From Oopsacas minuta (taxonomy: Eukaryota; Animalia; Porifera): a stretch of 64,000 nt of DNA. Where the stretch lies: the NCBI GenBank assembly GCA_024704765.1, contig JAKMXF010000306.1, forward strand, positions 295,604-359,603, written 5' to 3'. Positions 26,537 to 40,533 of the stretch are shown in pieces. Below the pieces are notes generated by a model that worked only from the letters and a program-made list of their open reading frames with translations, did not search any database and was not told where the DNA came from. The number at the start of each line of letters is the position of its first letter. Within the stretch, counting starts at the first letter, position 1. A program made the translations under genes and the position numbers.

Positions 26537-28366
26537 TACACGTTGAATTGAACATGACATTTGCTTGTATTTGCTACTAACTTCTCCTCCGTATTTGAAT
26601 AGGAAAATGTATGTTTGTGATAAGTGCTTATAGAGTATGAATATTTTCTCTATAATTATTCGATTATTATACCCAGTAATGATTATTTTTGCGAATTGGC
26701 TGCATATTCGATAAATATCAGCTACTTCGACACGTACATCCATGGTCCAAACTCTTTATTCAGTTGTGAAGCTTATGAATAGCAGGATATTCATAAGTCT
26801 AATCCCAAAGATGGCTCCTTCTTAATTTCTAGTAGATACCATGTATCACCTTTTGCTACAAGTATTCATATATGGTTCTATAACCGTGAAATTTATTGTT
26901 AAATCATTACCGCCAATTTGTAGCATATAGCTAACTTTCAATTCCCTCGTAATTCATTTTATTCTATTCTTTCTGAAGATGATTAGGGAATATTTATATA
27001 ACCTTGTATAAGTATACATCTTATGATTGCGTCACATTATTAAAAAGTATCTTATAACAATATATTACAGTATAATGAATAAAGGGATAACGCTGGGGGT
27101 ACAATTATTTAGGAAAATAACACTGCCATCGTATCACTATATCCATTAAATTTTATATTCAGTATACATGACGTCAGAACATTTGGCATATTGAGGGCCA
27201 CCTCTGATTCCAATTTTCAATCTTCAATTACGCATTTCGCTGTGAATTATTTTTCAACATATACTATTCCCTAAGTGAATATGGGAAACCCTTTTAATTA
27301 GAGGGGAACAATATTCTCTTTTCTATAAGGTTCTGTGGAACATTATTCAAGAGGAAATCATGTTTGGGGAAACAACAATCACTATGGCACAATGTCTGAA
27401 ATATTTGGCTAACCTTTAGTTCTGGCCAGACCGAATATTTCTGATATATTTAGTACAGCTAGAAGAGTACAACACCGACCAAGCATTCGTGAAATGCTTT
27501 CAAACATATATAACTAGGGACAAAATTCTATTTATAAGAAATAACAAATGCAAAGATGCTTAGATGGCCCTCGAACTATTTTAACGCATTATTGTAGTAG
27601 TTTTCGAATGTATTTCCTTTTGTAGAAATACGAGCCTTGGATGTTGTTCTAGCATATTTAAGGCACTATTTGGATTTTCGAGTGTATTTACCTTTGATTA
27701 GTGAATAAGTAGCCTTGGATGACGTTCCAGAGTATTATAACTTACTATTCGAGTTCCATTAAGGAGGTTGCCCTCATTAAACGAGTACTGGCTGGAAAAT
27801 ATTTGATTTTCTGAAGCCCAAAAGATGCTATGATCTCGTTTTGGTGCTGGAATTGATTAAAATGAAGTTGTAAAACTTAGTGTTCCTTTCATCATGATCT
27901 GAACACTTCAGCTGTCATAGGTTGATATTTGTACACAGCCTCTTCCTACAGTATTGACAGTTATGTGGGATTCAAATTCTTTGAATGTGATGTCAATGTA
28001 CTGCCTTTTACATTATAATAAATTCATTATGAAACGCACTTAAACTGAAAATTTGGTCTAAACATGCGGTTTACTCGAGACGCATATCGGGTGCAACAGC
28101 TATAATGATCGAACTTTCGCATTTATCATTGATTATTTATTGAGGTTGAAACTTTCTCCCTAAGTGTTCATTAGTTTTTAGTTCATCTAAATGGTACGTA
28201 CTTGTTTTCCCTTGATAACTAAACACTTGATCAACAGAAAACTTGCTCTAACTTTCCTAGAATATACATTTAACTCTATTTTGATAGACTAATTCCTAAA
28301 ATCATATCCTCTAGCGTTGGGTTATCAGAAAGGAGTCCTTCCAAGCCTATATATATTCACTTAAAC

Positions 28367-30770
28367 CAGAGGTCGGCAATTATGTTTTACTAATACCCCA
28401 TTTCAGAGTTTAGAGCATCACCCTTACCCCAAATTCAGGAACTACACTGATATCACAAATAACAAGTTGTTTCATTTATAGACGTGACAACTTGAGTAAA
28501 ACTAATGAATCTAATTCTATCTTAGCATGTCTATTGGCTAAAGTGGCACTTGTTACATTAATAATATCATCAAACTGTGGTTTGGATTATGACAGCCACA
28601 TCTTATGTCACTTTCTGGGTTGAGTCTGTTTCGCGCTTTCGTTTTTATCACCGCTAGTGCAGAAAAACCCACCTCACAAAGGTAGGTGGTCGCAAAAGGT
28701 AACAGCAACTTAGTTGCCTCCTCATGTATCAATGGTTGAGATCTCGCTGGCTGATTCCTCCAAAATGACTCCCGGTCCAAAGCTTCGAAATCTGCTTGAG
28801 CAGTTTGGTCCGCTTGCAATTCAAGCAGCTGCTCTGCCAGCCCAAGTGGCTTCTCTGGTAGATTTGTACGAAACATTTGAACGGGTTGAGAACCCACCCA
28901 ACGATTTCCTTCACCATAGCGTCCTCCGGGGAGAAGTATTGTTCAAATCGCTTTTTCAATTTGTCCAAGTGCTGAAGTACCACGTCTTTGACCAATCCGA
29001 AAGATAGTTTGTTGTCTTCGAGGTACTTCGCGAGACGGCTGAAAGATGCAATCTTCTCTTCCACAGCTCTCATTCTCCAAAGCTCGAGTTTTTTGCTTTA
29101 AATGCACATATCTTCTGGTTAATCAGAATAAGGTTATGATTTGGATCTTGTAGACTAGTGTTTTTCGTTCAAGTGCCCGAAATGTCCACTAAACGTGCAA
29201 ACCGAGACAACTACATGGTGTCTTGAAAGTGGGTGGCCAGGCAATGCTTCTTGTCCGTCACAAAAATATTAACTTCAGCCCTTAGGATTCAAAGCCTCTC
29301 CAGGGCGTTGCCATCTGACAGCTACAGTATCTCGCAGTATGAGAGCAAAGTAGAGTACTCCGAATTTGCTTCATCACATAATTAACCAAACAGTTGGGTG
29401 GTTAGTGGCTGGGCCTTGATCAAGTCGATGATCTTGATCACATCTTTCATTAATTGTTCCAGATCAGAGTCCAATGCGTTCACGACCAATGCCTGTCGGT
29501 GAGTCATGCAATGTGTAGACATGTTCTTGGGTTTTCTCTCTTCACTAGGGCGACAAATACCCTGTTTATTCCAACCATGACTGGAGCTCCGTCAGTTGAA
29601 ACTGCAATGCAATCAGTCCAGTGCAGATCAACATCTGTCGATGTAAAAGATTTGTCAATCATGTTGAAAATGTCGATACCATGGGTTGTAATTTCCAGCT
29701 GGCTGCAGAACAACATCTCTTCTCCGTTCTGACAATCATCTCGATATCTGACATTTACCATGAGCTGGGGATCACTCCCGATGTACGTAGTTTCGTCCAA
29801 TTGTATTGCGAATAGTCAACTCTTCTTTCTGGAAATAATCAACTGTTCTTGATGTTCTGTGCCAACACGTACAACCTCTTAGAAGCCGTCTATGCTGACA
29901 ATGGAACCGTTCCAAGTTTCGCTGCTTGCTCCTTCCCACACATAATCTCTGTCATCCTTGTTGTAGCTGGCTTGATTAGTTCCTCACCAATGTTGTGCGA
30001 CTCTGTTGCACGAACTATAAGCCGTGTGACTTCCAAGCTTGCTCTTAAGGAGCCCCGCTGATCAAATGTCACTTTTAGCATGAGATCCAGCCTTTGTTTT
30101 TTCAATTGACTGCCCTTATGCGCGAAAAATTCTTTTGGCATGTCCGCAAGTTCAGGATGTTTGTTGCGCAGATGCTTCTGAAGCTGAGATGATTTGAGGG
30201 ACTCCGGATACAGCACAGCCAGCCAGATGACGCACTACGGCTTTATGACTCCTTTTTCGGTTGTTGCGATGAAGCCATACTCCAAGAATTCGTCCTTGAA
30301 TGCACGCTTTCTAGAATTTATCATGCTGCAAAAGGAGATTAGAAGTGAATATCGTGATGCAACCCCTTACTTTTCTAGCAGTAATTCTGACAGAGACCTC
30401 CCTCACGACTTATTTAGGGTGGAGTAGCTTGTCTGTGCCACAATATGTCAGGTTTGTGTAGGTAAATACTGTGCTGATCGTTTCATGTACAGTCTTTATA
30501 TGAAAGACTCGTCCATTCCCGGACACATACGTAACGGTACAAATAAAACAGGTGGGACCAATGCTAGCTCTGCACAGTTGCAAATCCAGGAGAAATAGAA
30601 CAATTTTATATTGTAGTACACGCTTCTAATTGATTAATAGTTAGGTTCAAATTCCAGGCATTGATCTAAGATTGCACGATCCTGAACTAGATCCTCTGAG
30701 AGGATCAGAATAGAATCGGGATAGGATCGAAAGAAGGTATACCATCACTAATTTTCTCAAACGATCCCTG
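28367..30770 (-). mobile_element. Buster/Charlie-type hAT transposon, degenerate
   Basis: Left TIR CAGAGGTCGGCAA preceded by ACTTAAAC (central TA). LKSSQLQKHLRNKHP, DETT...STDGAPVMVG, LLPFATTYLCEVGFSAL..IKTKARNRL. The right end at 30770 (CGATCCCTG then TCACTTAAAG) is tentative. Confidence 0.85.
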
Positions 30771-31117
30771 TCACTTAAAGATATTTACACTTATAAGTGC
30801 TGCATTCATAATTCAGACTGACTATATGCACAGATTATTCCTAACTCGAATGTTCCAATTCAATACATACTTATCTTAAATTCGTAGCTCAATGAACCAC
30901 CATCCAAGGAAGTTTCGAGCAATTAAGTGCAGTAGAAACCTGCTTTTGTACTTCTCATTTTTTTATAATTTCTTCTCTATCAAATTGTAAAGAATGTGGG
31001 ATATGCATAAATTTCATTGTTATTTTTTACGCATATAAGTATGCCTCAAACATCTATACCGAATCATATATAATATAATATACACTGACTAGAAATTATG
31101 TATCGCCCATGTTAGGA

Positions 31118-31605
31118 CAGTGGAAGCAGCTTACTCAGGACAGTTCGGGAGTTAATGTTTTGTCCGATTAACCGATTGTCTCGATTAATCGAATATGAAT
31201 TATTTAAGTATTCAAAACTAGTTTTCATGGTCTCAGATAATAACCAGAAATATCTCATTACACTACTACTAAATCCTGGTTTATATTGGGAGTGAACAAA
31301 GTAAATAATTTTGGTTTGTAAATTGTAATCGAATCGTTGTTGTTGTAGAATATTGAAATTCCTATTTGTATAAACAAACCATATTACAGTGATTCTGAAT
31401 ATATATATATAATCGTTAAATTGGGATGAAATCCCAATTAAGCGAATAGTATTTCATATTCGGTTAATTGGGATAAAAAATCCCGATTAACCGATTCGAT
31501 GTCCCAATTATACGATTTTTCTATATAAATAATCTGTTCCCAAACCATTGTCCCTTTTTACGCGAATATTCGATTATCCGAGTCCAGATTAAGCGGCTTC
31601 CACTA
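31118..31605. mobile_element. pogo/Tigger-like MITE (~490 bp)
   Basis: TIR CAGTGGAAGCAGCTTA vs TAGTGGAAGCCGCTTA; TA on the right; repeated subterminal GATTAACCGA-like motifs. Confidence 0.65.
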
Positions 31606-32530
31606 TAAAATGTATAGATCATTTTCTCATGCAGTCGGTACATCCAGATAACCTATTGAAATTTTACAACTGTATGGAACATCATTTAGAGCATTATGAA
31701 TAGGATCGCGACTTTATTGGACATTCTTTGTGATTTCGGATCAGAACAGGGAATACCTATGATAATTTCTGCTAAGATCTGATCTAGATCTATTCCTTTA
31801 ATTTAGGATTGTAGAATACACGACAAACATCACACAAATGGCATTACAAGTGAATTTCATCTGGAAATTTATATGTTTCATTTTTAAAACATTTTATTGA
31901 ATACATGTGATATCAGCAATTTTATGAGACTTATCTTGCATTCGTATATTTTTAATATTGAATGTTAATATCAGTCACGTAGCGCTCAAAACTATCAAGA
32001 AAGTTATATAATCTATCCTTAAGTTAAATCTGGGGAATGAAGTGAAAATTTTCAAAATAGTATAATCCGTCATACATTATTCCTTTAAGCGCACTAAATT
32101 TCTAGTTAATCTCGAAATCGGAATTTGACATTGTTGGACTTAAGCCTTTATTGCAGAAATCAGAAAATAGAGGTTACCTCACCAAATTTATTTGATGAAT
32201 GTGTAATATGTAGTATATGAAGGCCTATCACAGTATCGTATAGGCCATGGCCAATTTGGTATCTTCTTAGAAATGAGCATATGTTGACACAACTCGGGAC
32301 GATTATCCGATGATTTTTCTATTTCCAAGCCTGCTTGGAGCGTGAAGCTCGGGAAAATGCCCCTCCTGGCCTGCCCTCTGAGAGGCCCTGAATATAAGCA
32401 ATACCTCTTCATTGAAAGAAGTAACCAGTTAGCAAATTATACAGTCACAATTCACGCAGTGACAATACTCACGAATCTAATTGAAGTAATCAACCACAAG
32501 CATTTCAACATAACTAAAAGTACAATTATA

Positions 32531-33835
32531 CCAAGGGCACTCCAAAAGTTTTGACGTTAACCGACATATCAGATAGAAATAATAAAATTGACTATTACAT
32601 TTTTTCAAAATACTCTCCCTGACAATCTACACATTTTTTCATTCTGGTAAACCAATTATCAAAACATTATTCCACTCTTCTTTGGGTATGTCTCGATCGC
32701 TTGGAAAAGTGCTCCTCTCAACTCCTCATTAGTCGAAAATCTCCTCCCACGTAATTGATCTTTGAGTCTAGGGAACAACCAGAAGTTGCAAGGGGCTAAA
32801 TCAGGACTTGTAGGGCGGTGAGGTAATGCTTCGAGTCCAGAATTTTCCAAAGACTCACGAGTTCTGATTGCCGTATGCAATGATGCATTATCATGATGAA
32901 GAAGAATTCCTCTAATGCCTGTCTTTTCCCGCTGTGACTCAATTGCTGTGATGACTTTGGGTAGGCACACTGTAGTGTACCAGTCGGCAATGACGGTCTT
33001 TCTATCCTCGAGAGCAACAATTTCGACAAACCCACTAGATCTGAAAATAATCGCCCACATTTGTTTCCCAAAAGATCTTGCCCTCCGCACTTTGGTTGGA
33101 GGTGGGGCATCTTCTTCAACCCACTCCTTTGACATTCGCTTTGTTTCTGAATCATAATGGTATATCCATGTCTCATCACCTGTAAGGATCTCGGAAACTG
33201 CTCTTGAACTTCCATTAGCAAACCTTTTATGCATAATTTCGCAAAGGTCTATGCGAGATATTTTTTGCTGTAAGTTCAAAGAATGGGGATTCATCGAGCA
33301 CACAACTTCCTGACACAAAACTCTTTGTGCAAAATGATATTAATTGTCCCCGATGATAATTCGGTTTCATACTCTAACTGAGCGTACGTAATATGAGGAT
33401 CTTTAGTAATTAGATCTAGCATTCGTTAACACTTTCTTCATTATGTGAAATATTCGGTTTTCCTGAACGAGGGGCATCTTCAAGATCAAAGTTTCCGTGA
33501 ATAAATTCCCTGTACCATCGTTCAACTGTACTTAGAGAAGGATCTAGATCCGGGAAATGTTCCTGTAAAGATTCATAGATTTCCACTCTTGTCTTCTGTA
33601 GTTTGAATAAGATCAAAATCATTGCTCGAAAATCACGTTTTGTGAGATCTGATTTAGATTGAGATATTTTAGAAGTCATGTACACTAAAATTATCTAATT
33701 TATGAAAGTAGAGGAGATAAATGAATAAAAATTTCAAAGTAGAGTAATAAAATATGTCTAAAGGAAGGATGTGGAAAAATATCCAACAGATTAATGGTTT
33801 CACATCAAACGGCAAAACCTTTCGAGTGCCCCTCG
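32531..33835 (-). mobile_element. Mariner element, full length, degenerate
   Basis: TA-flanked TIRs CCAAGGGCACTCCAAAAGTTTTG / CGAGGGGCACTCGAAAGGTTTTG. RDFRAM, TGDETWIY, HHDNASLH...SPDLAPCNF (third D mutated to N). Confidence 0.92.
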
Positions 33836-35577
33836 TATACCTTGACTATACAGCGAAAATTTTCATATGCAATCGAGAACTTAGCTGAGAGAGCTATATG
33901 ACCATTATTGTTACTATTGTTTCAGATTATATTTCTATATATACTTCAAATATGATATTGTTAGCCACTCTTAGCTTATTATAGTTATGAGCAAGTAAAA
34001 TATTCAATTACCAATTACACAAAATTCTAATGAGATTAGTATAATTCCGATGCCATTTTAATTCTATGTTTCTTCATCACCTCAGTAAATATATTTTGGT
34101 TTTTAGAGCAAATTTTATTGGGTTATTTGCCTATGACACATGTAGCACATATCAAATATATGTGTGCAACTTCTTATGTGAACACAAATATTGCAAAAGC
34201 CTACTGCATTTCCATATATGTAATAATGGAAAGTTTGTTTAGAGGACCTCAAATGATGTTCTTATTGTGTCTCTTAGTTGTTCCAATATTCCAGTGATGT
34301 TCCACTTCTGCCACAAGTTGCACTACGATAAAATGATGATAGTTAAATAGGATTTGCCCTTAAGAGGGTAATTATTGGAATTACTAGTTTCGAATCTGCA
34401 AATTTTACAGGATACGAATATAACAGATATCTAAGCACTTAGAACGGTAACTTTAATCTCACTTATACACACAAGAATACTCAGAATCTATGAAAAATCT
34501 CCCCAAATCTTTAATGACGTCATAGATATGCATTAACTGATGAATAATATGTTGTGTGTGTTATAGATGATATTCATATATTCTTACGGTAAAGATATCT
34601 CTTTTATTCCGACCTTCTAGAATTGATTGTTCATGACTCATATATCCACATGTTGCCAGCCAACCTATACTATTAACGCGCAATTCATCTCTGTATATAT
34701 ATATATCAATTTATGTATATGTATACATATGTTTGTTAGTGCAGAATTGATTGAAGATGCTTGAGGCCCCAGGGCTGATTTTTGGAAAACAGGGCTATTT
34801 TGGGCCTGGCTCGGAAAGTTCAAATTCTTGGAGGTAAAGTCACACCTATGACAAAGTATGATATCATTGTCACCATATTTGATCGTCGAAATATCACATT
34901 ATTGGCCACTCACTCAGCCAATATACCTTTACAAGTTTGAAATTTGTATCACAGGCACCCCTCAATGAGACAAATGTCCTGAATTCAGGATTCTGACAAA
35001 AGCTAACTTAACATGGGATTATTTATTCATCATGACTGTACAAGAAAATACAATTTTCCTAAATTTCGAAAATTTCAGAATCTTTGATACCAGAGGTACA
35101 AAGTGCAGAAATTACTTAGCAAAAGTGACATGCATTTCGAGTGTCACCACAGAAGGCTATTGAATGTAATTTGGGTGGGCTCTAGATAATACATTATACA
35201 TATTTTAACTAGTCTGTGAATTCGAGGCAAGTCTGATCATATGCTGTCGCGTAGCTATCAAAAGCACTATATAATTTAGTTATTAAATACTTAAGCTCAC
35301 ATGGAGCATTTTACTGTCGCCCAGCGACCTAGCAAGCGAAACGCACTATTATATTATTAATGTCCTATTTGTTAAGTAATACTGTGATCAAGCAGCAACT
35401 AGTTTGCCATATCACATATACGTAATACACAGCCAAACGATTTGATTTCTTTAGAACATATACAGATCAACTATTTGAAGTTATTCAATTGCCAAATGCC
35501 CGTGTGAACAATATGTAAATTAGTTTTTCCATAGATCTTTTGTGATTGGGTACTATATGTCGGGCAGTAAGTATATA

Positions 35578-36491
35578 CAGTCAAGGGACAAAAGTATTCG
35601 ACCACACGAATATATTGTCATAAATTGTATACTCTTTCCCGCTCCTATAGATTGTGTAGTCTATATTCGTAGCTGCAATCTAGTAATTTCCATAGAATAA
35701 CATATGTTTTTCAAGAATTTCAAAAAAATATTTTCGATTTACACTTTCTAAAGGTGTTAATTATGAATAATTATTAGATAATTATTGATAATCAAATATG
35801 TGGTAATTCAAAGCCTATTAAGAATCCATAATTTCTGACTTGATATTTGAATTCTACGTAGGCGAGTTACCCCAGATTGAAATTTCCAATCGAATTGAAC
35901 AACTTTTACCAAAGTTATAGAAGAATTTCAATTTGTCCCACTTGTGCCACTTTTTGAAAAAGTGGCACAGGTGGTAGGAAAAAGCGCCACTACAAGGAAA
36001 TCAACTAGGGTTAGGAGGAATAAGTCAAAGTACTATTTTCGAATGATATGACTATGCTAACCCTTGAATTACAAAATAACTTCTTGGCAGCGGCCACTTG
36101 TGCCACCTTGGGCAAAAGGTGGCACAAATGGCACAAATTGGAATTCTTCTATAACTTTGGTAAAAGTTGTTCAATTCGATTGGAAATTTCAATCTGGGGT
36201 AACTCGCCTACGTAGAATTCAAATATCAAGTCAGAAATTATAGATTCTTAATAGGCTTTGAATTACCACATATTTGATTATCAATAATTATCTAATAATT
36301 ATTGACAATTAACACCTTCAAAAAGTGTAAATCGAAAATATTTTTTTGAAATTCTTGAAAAACATATGTTATTCTATGGAAATTACTAGATTGCAGCTAC
36401 GAATATAGACTACACAATATATAGGAGCGGGAAAGAGTATACAATTTATGACCATATATTTGTGTGGTCGGATACTTTTGTCCATTGACTG
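35578..36491. mobile_element. Foldback MITE (~400-bp arms), copy 2
   Basis: TA|CAGTCAAGGGACAAAAGTAT...ATACTTTTGTCCATTGACTG|TA; homologous along its length to 5716-6640. Confidence 0.92.
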
Positions 36492-37174
36492 TATTAATAT
36501 ATATCTGATGCACTAAATTCCTGTTACTATGATGAATTACCCAACAATACTAATATATTTGGATTTATTGAGTAATAAATTCTTCAATAATTCATGAATT
36601 ATTCATTATTTAAGAATTAGTTAACTTAAGTATAACAATATGGATTTTTTTACAAGGACCAATTTCTAACTCGAAATTTAGAATTCTAATTAGGAATGTC
36701 ACTAGGGAGGAGGCTATACAAATTAGTCGCGAAATTTGGTGGATCAAGCCTTTCTTGTTGCTGTTGGTATAAACTTTCAATTCCATTTCCTCAAGATTTC
36801 TTTAGGGTTTACCATTTATGAATTCCAAATCAGGGGTTCATAGAGGATTTCCAGAGAAAATTCCAATTCTATATGATGATTCCCATAAACACGGCAATCC
36901 AAGGAACCTTCATCTTATGTTATCTCGTAAAGCAATATGCGATATGAGAATTTAATTCGTTTAAATTTCCATAATTCCTGTAGCCATAGCATCAATTTCA
37001 CTGAAACTTATAAAGATAATGCAAAATTCAAATTATAAGAACTGATTGAGTGAAACCGAGTATATTTCGCAATCAACATAGTTGATATCCGCTAAAGTGT
37101 TGCATCCAGACATTTTGGTATGGGGGGAGTAAATTAGAGTTGGCTATGTAAGGGTAGTTCAACCATGATCTAAG

Positions 37175-38244
37175 CAGGGGTGTGGCTAGCATGGCTTCTT
37201 TGTGGTGACCACTGGAGTTGATAACTATTTATCTGAGGTTCCTAGCACCCCAATAATCCAGAGGTTGTAACTAGGGTTGCTGACAATATTACCGGGTTTG
37301 CCAGCAACCTCCGACTATGTCTATGGATCAAATGTCGGGCACCTAGCAAACAAGCGGGAAATTTCGATTTACAGTAGTCTTGTTATATAACAGTTTAACT
37401 ACCATGGCAATTTATTACTATATAACTATTATAGTTTGGAAGTTTTTTGATCCTTACGCATCAGCTTAAACTTGATTTTCTCAATTTATTATCTTTCAAA
37501 ATTTCATTAAGATATTTTCAGATGTGTAAAATTTGAAGAAGCAAAAGTTTTAGATATGGTTCCCCCTAGGCTTGGGATGCGATATACCCCGAGCATGAAG
37601 GTTCAGGAGCGTGCCTGCCTAATTTTACCTGATGAGGTCAAATCTAATTCGAGTGAACATCAGGACTCTGTAACGGTACAGCTGATCCAGCCCATGACTA
37701 GTCCGGCTCTGTCTAGTTATGGATACCACAACGCGTCCGTCTCCAGTTGTGGCATCCATAACTGGTTTGACCCCAGACAGGTATTGCCGCCCATAGTTGG
37801 TCCCTCTGGACATAACCGATCCTGCTATTTGGAAGTTTTCTTACCGAGGTCCATTCAGTTTTTAGGCTTAGAACTTATTTATACTCATAAATAACTAAGT
37901 GGTAGTATAGTGGGTGCAAATATTGTTCCTATAAGATCGTTTTGCAAATGGTGAACCAGTTATTAGTACCACCACTGGACCAGTCTAAGTTCCAAGATTA
38001 AACCCGGTCCTCCAATATGCTCTGATATGAAGTGGGCAAGCCTATAACATAACCCCAGGGCACTATTACCTGGGATAACCCAGAATATACACGGGTATAT
38101 TCTAGTGGGAGTATTCTGGGGCTACTACAGTGGGCCGGATCAGTTATGACAAGGGCGTACCAGTTATAGTTGGCCATAACTGGAGCCTATCCAGTATTCC
38201 AAAATGTGAAGTATAAGGTGCCCTAGCCTTATAGCCTCCCCTTG
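37175..38244. repeat. GC-richer segment with repeated CCAGTTATGG/CCATAACTGG palindromes; probable non-autonomous element
   Basis: Hairpins at 37743-37765 and 38160-38183; inverted pair at 37692-37722. Weak end similarity CAGGGGTGTGGCTA / CAAGGGGAGGCTA; no TSD found. Confidence 0.4.
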
Positions 38245-38254
38245 CGTTGCATGT

Positions 38255-40373
38255 CATCGCATGGGAAATCTTAACATGCCTGAGATGTTCGACTATTCAG
38301 TGATTGTCAAACGCTGAATCCGAAAACTTACTTAGAAGAAAAAGGCTCGCATCCTTGAGTGGAGATCTAACCTTAGGATTCTCTAAATATTGTTCAAGAT
38401 ATAGTATTTTTAGCAATTGTGAATTATAACACATGCCAACAATATTTGAGTTTCTGTTGCCAAATAATTTAGATTGAATTTAAACTATATTTGCTGTGTT
38501 GAGTTCGAAATGACATCAGCTTTGCTGGATTGGCTCTTGATTTTGCTCCACATTTATGCTTATATTGTTAGTTACCTTTTCAAATGTATATTCAATTTAA
38601 TCAATACTTTTTATAATTATAAGTATCTAGCATATTCTAACTCCATGGCTTCGTCAAGAAGCAAATATTCTAATGATCTGCCTACGTTCTGTTACGTATG
38701 TGGCGAATATACGTTGAAAGATCAAAGAAGAATTATCTCACACTTCGTGCGAATTGTATACTTTGCTTACTTTGAGGTAATGCTTGAAGACCAAGACAGC
38801 TCTTCATTATCTGGTCAGTTCAATCAGGAAGGGCTTAATGATCTTATCAGGTACCTCACCCTGTCTAAAGAGTGTTCAGAAATTTTGCATCCAGGCTCAA
38901 CGAGAAGAATATTCTTAGCCCTGGAACTAAGATAACATATTATCGTCATAGAGATGAAGGATTGCTTCATTACTTTAGCCAACAAGAATGCCTCGTCTTC
39001 TGAAATGACATTGGCGGACTTCTCCTGGAAATGGGAGTACCACAATATAGAAGAGAAGATTGGCGTCTATTTATTGATAGTTCCAAGAGAAGCTTGAAGT
39101 GCTTTTTATTGCATAGTGGAAATGAATATACGTCTATTCCAATTGGAAATTCAATAAGCTTAAGGAGGAGTATGAAAATATTAAAATGGTATTACAAAAG
39201 TAGAATTATCATGAACACCAGTGGTTGATATGTGTTGATCCCAAGGTGGTAAACTTTCTACTTGGCCAACAAGGTGGATACACTAGGTATCTTGTTTTAT
39301 ATGTTTATGGGTCAGCATAGCTCGCAAAGATCACTGGGTAAATAAAGTGTCGCCATTGTGAACAGATCTAACAGTTGGAGAAGCAAACATTCTGTGTGAA
39401 CCATTGGTTCCTAGAGAGAAGATCATTCTTTCACCCCTCCACGTCAAGTTGTGTTTAATGAAGCAGTTAGTAACATCTTTAGATAAATACGGCCCCTGTT
39501 TCAAGTGGATTTGCAGATCATTCCAAGCAATGAGGAATGAAAAACTGAAAGCAGGGATCTTTAATGGTCGTCAGATCCGCAGACTCATAAGAAACACTGG
39601 TTTCGTCCAATGCCTGACCAATTTAGAATCTTCTACTTGGTATGCATTTGCTTTGGTAGGCAATAACTTCTTGGATAATAGTAAAGCTAACAACTACATA
39701 GATTTGGTCAATGACATATTTTACAAAAAAGATTTAGATGTTAACATGAGCATCAAGATTCACCATCTATTTAGCCACCTGGATCGTTTCCATGTAAACC
39801 TTGGGGATTTAAGTGAGGAACAGGGGGAAATGGTTTCATCAGGACATCAAGGTCATTGGAGAGAGATATTAAGGCAGGTGCGAAACCCACATGATGGCAG
39901 ATTACTGTTGTAGCCTCCAGTGAGATTGCTTTCTGATATCGCATAACAGAAAATCAAGTAAGAGACGATTTTTAGTTCTTCAATAAACAAATTCAATATT
40001 CTTTTAAAATCATTGCTTTTAACCGATTAATTTTTCCACAATGATCATTGTATTTCATTCGGAGTAGCTATAATGATAAATTATACTCCCCAAATTTTCG
40101 GTTTTGCAGTAAATAGTTGCATTCAAAACTGAAATTTCAATAATTCAAATTTTACACTTAGATGCATAACAAGTTGGATGTCACCACTGAAACACCATGC
40201 CAATATTAATGTGAAGAATTTTATTTTTATACTTATCACGCCAAATTTAACATTAGGTATCGCAAAAACTAGAGCCAATATGGATAAGCCGATGCCAATT
40301 TCAGATTCCCCGAGGTAAATATACATAGAAACAGATCTAACATCTTAGGTAACAAATTGTTTGTTGACCAGTG
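38255..40373 (+). mobile_element. Chapaev3 (CMC) transposon, degenerate with internal deletion
   Basis: MASSRSKYSNDLPTFCYVCGEYT...; DWRLFIDSSKRSLKCFLLH; PLHVKL; SIKIHHLFSHLD...SEEQGE. Right terminus CCAGTG|TAA at 40373. Left end inferred from weak TIR similarity. Confidence 0.85.
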
Positions 40374-40533
40374 TAATTTATATTTCAAGTCAATGAATTG
40401 CTGTATAGTGAAAAATCATCACTTTTAATATTCATAAATGTTATTATCACAATATCTCTAAAAATGTTTTGTGCAAATATACAAATTGCTGTCCAAAAAT
40501 GCAGAATTTGATTATTTACTAGGTAGTTTGTAG

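Noticed and set aside
26740-26930. LQIGGNDL on the minus strand, resembling an SGNH esterase block of LINE ORF1
   Set aside because: Single short motif surrounded by stops; other SGNH blocks were not found.
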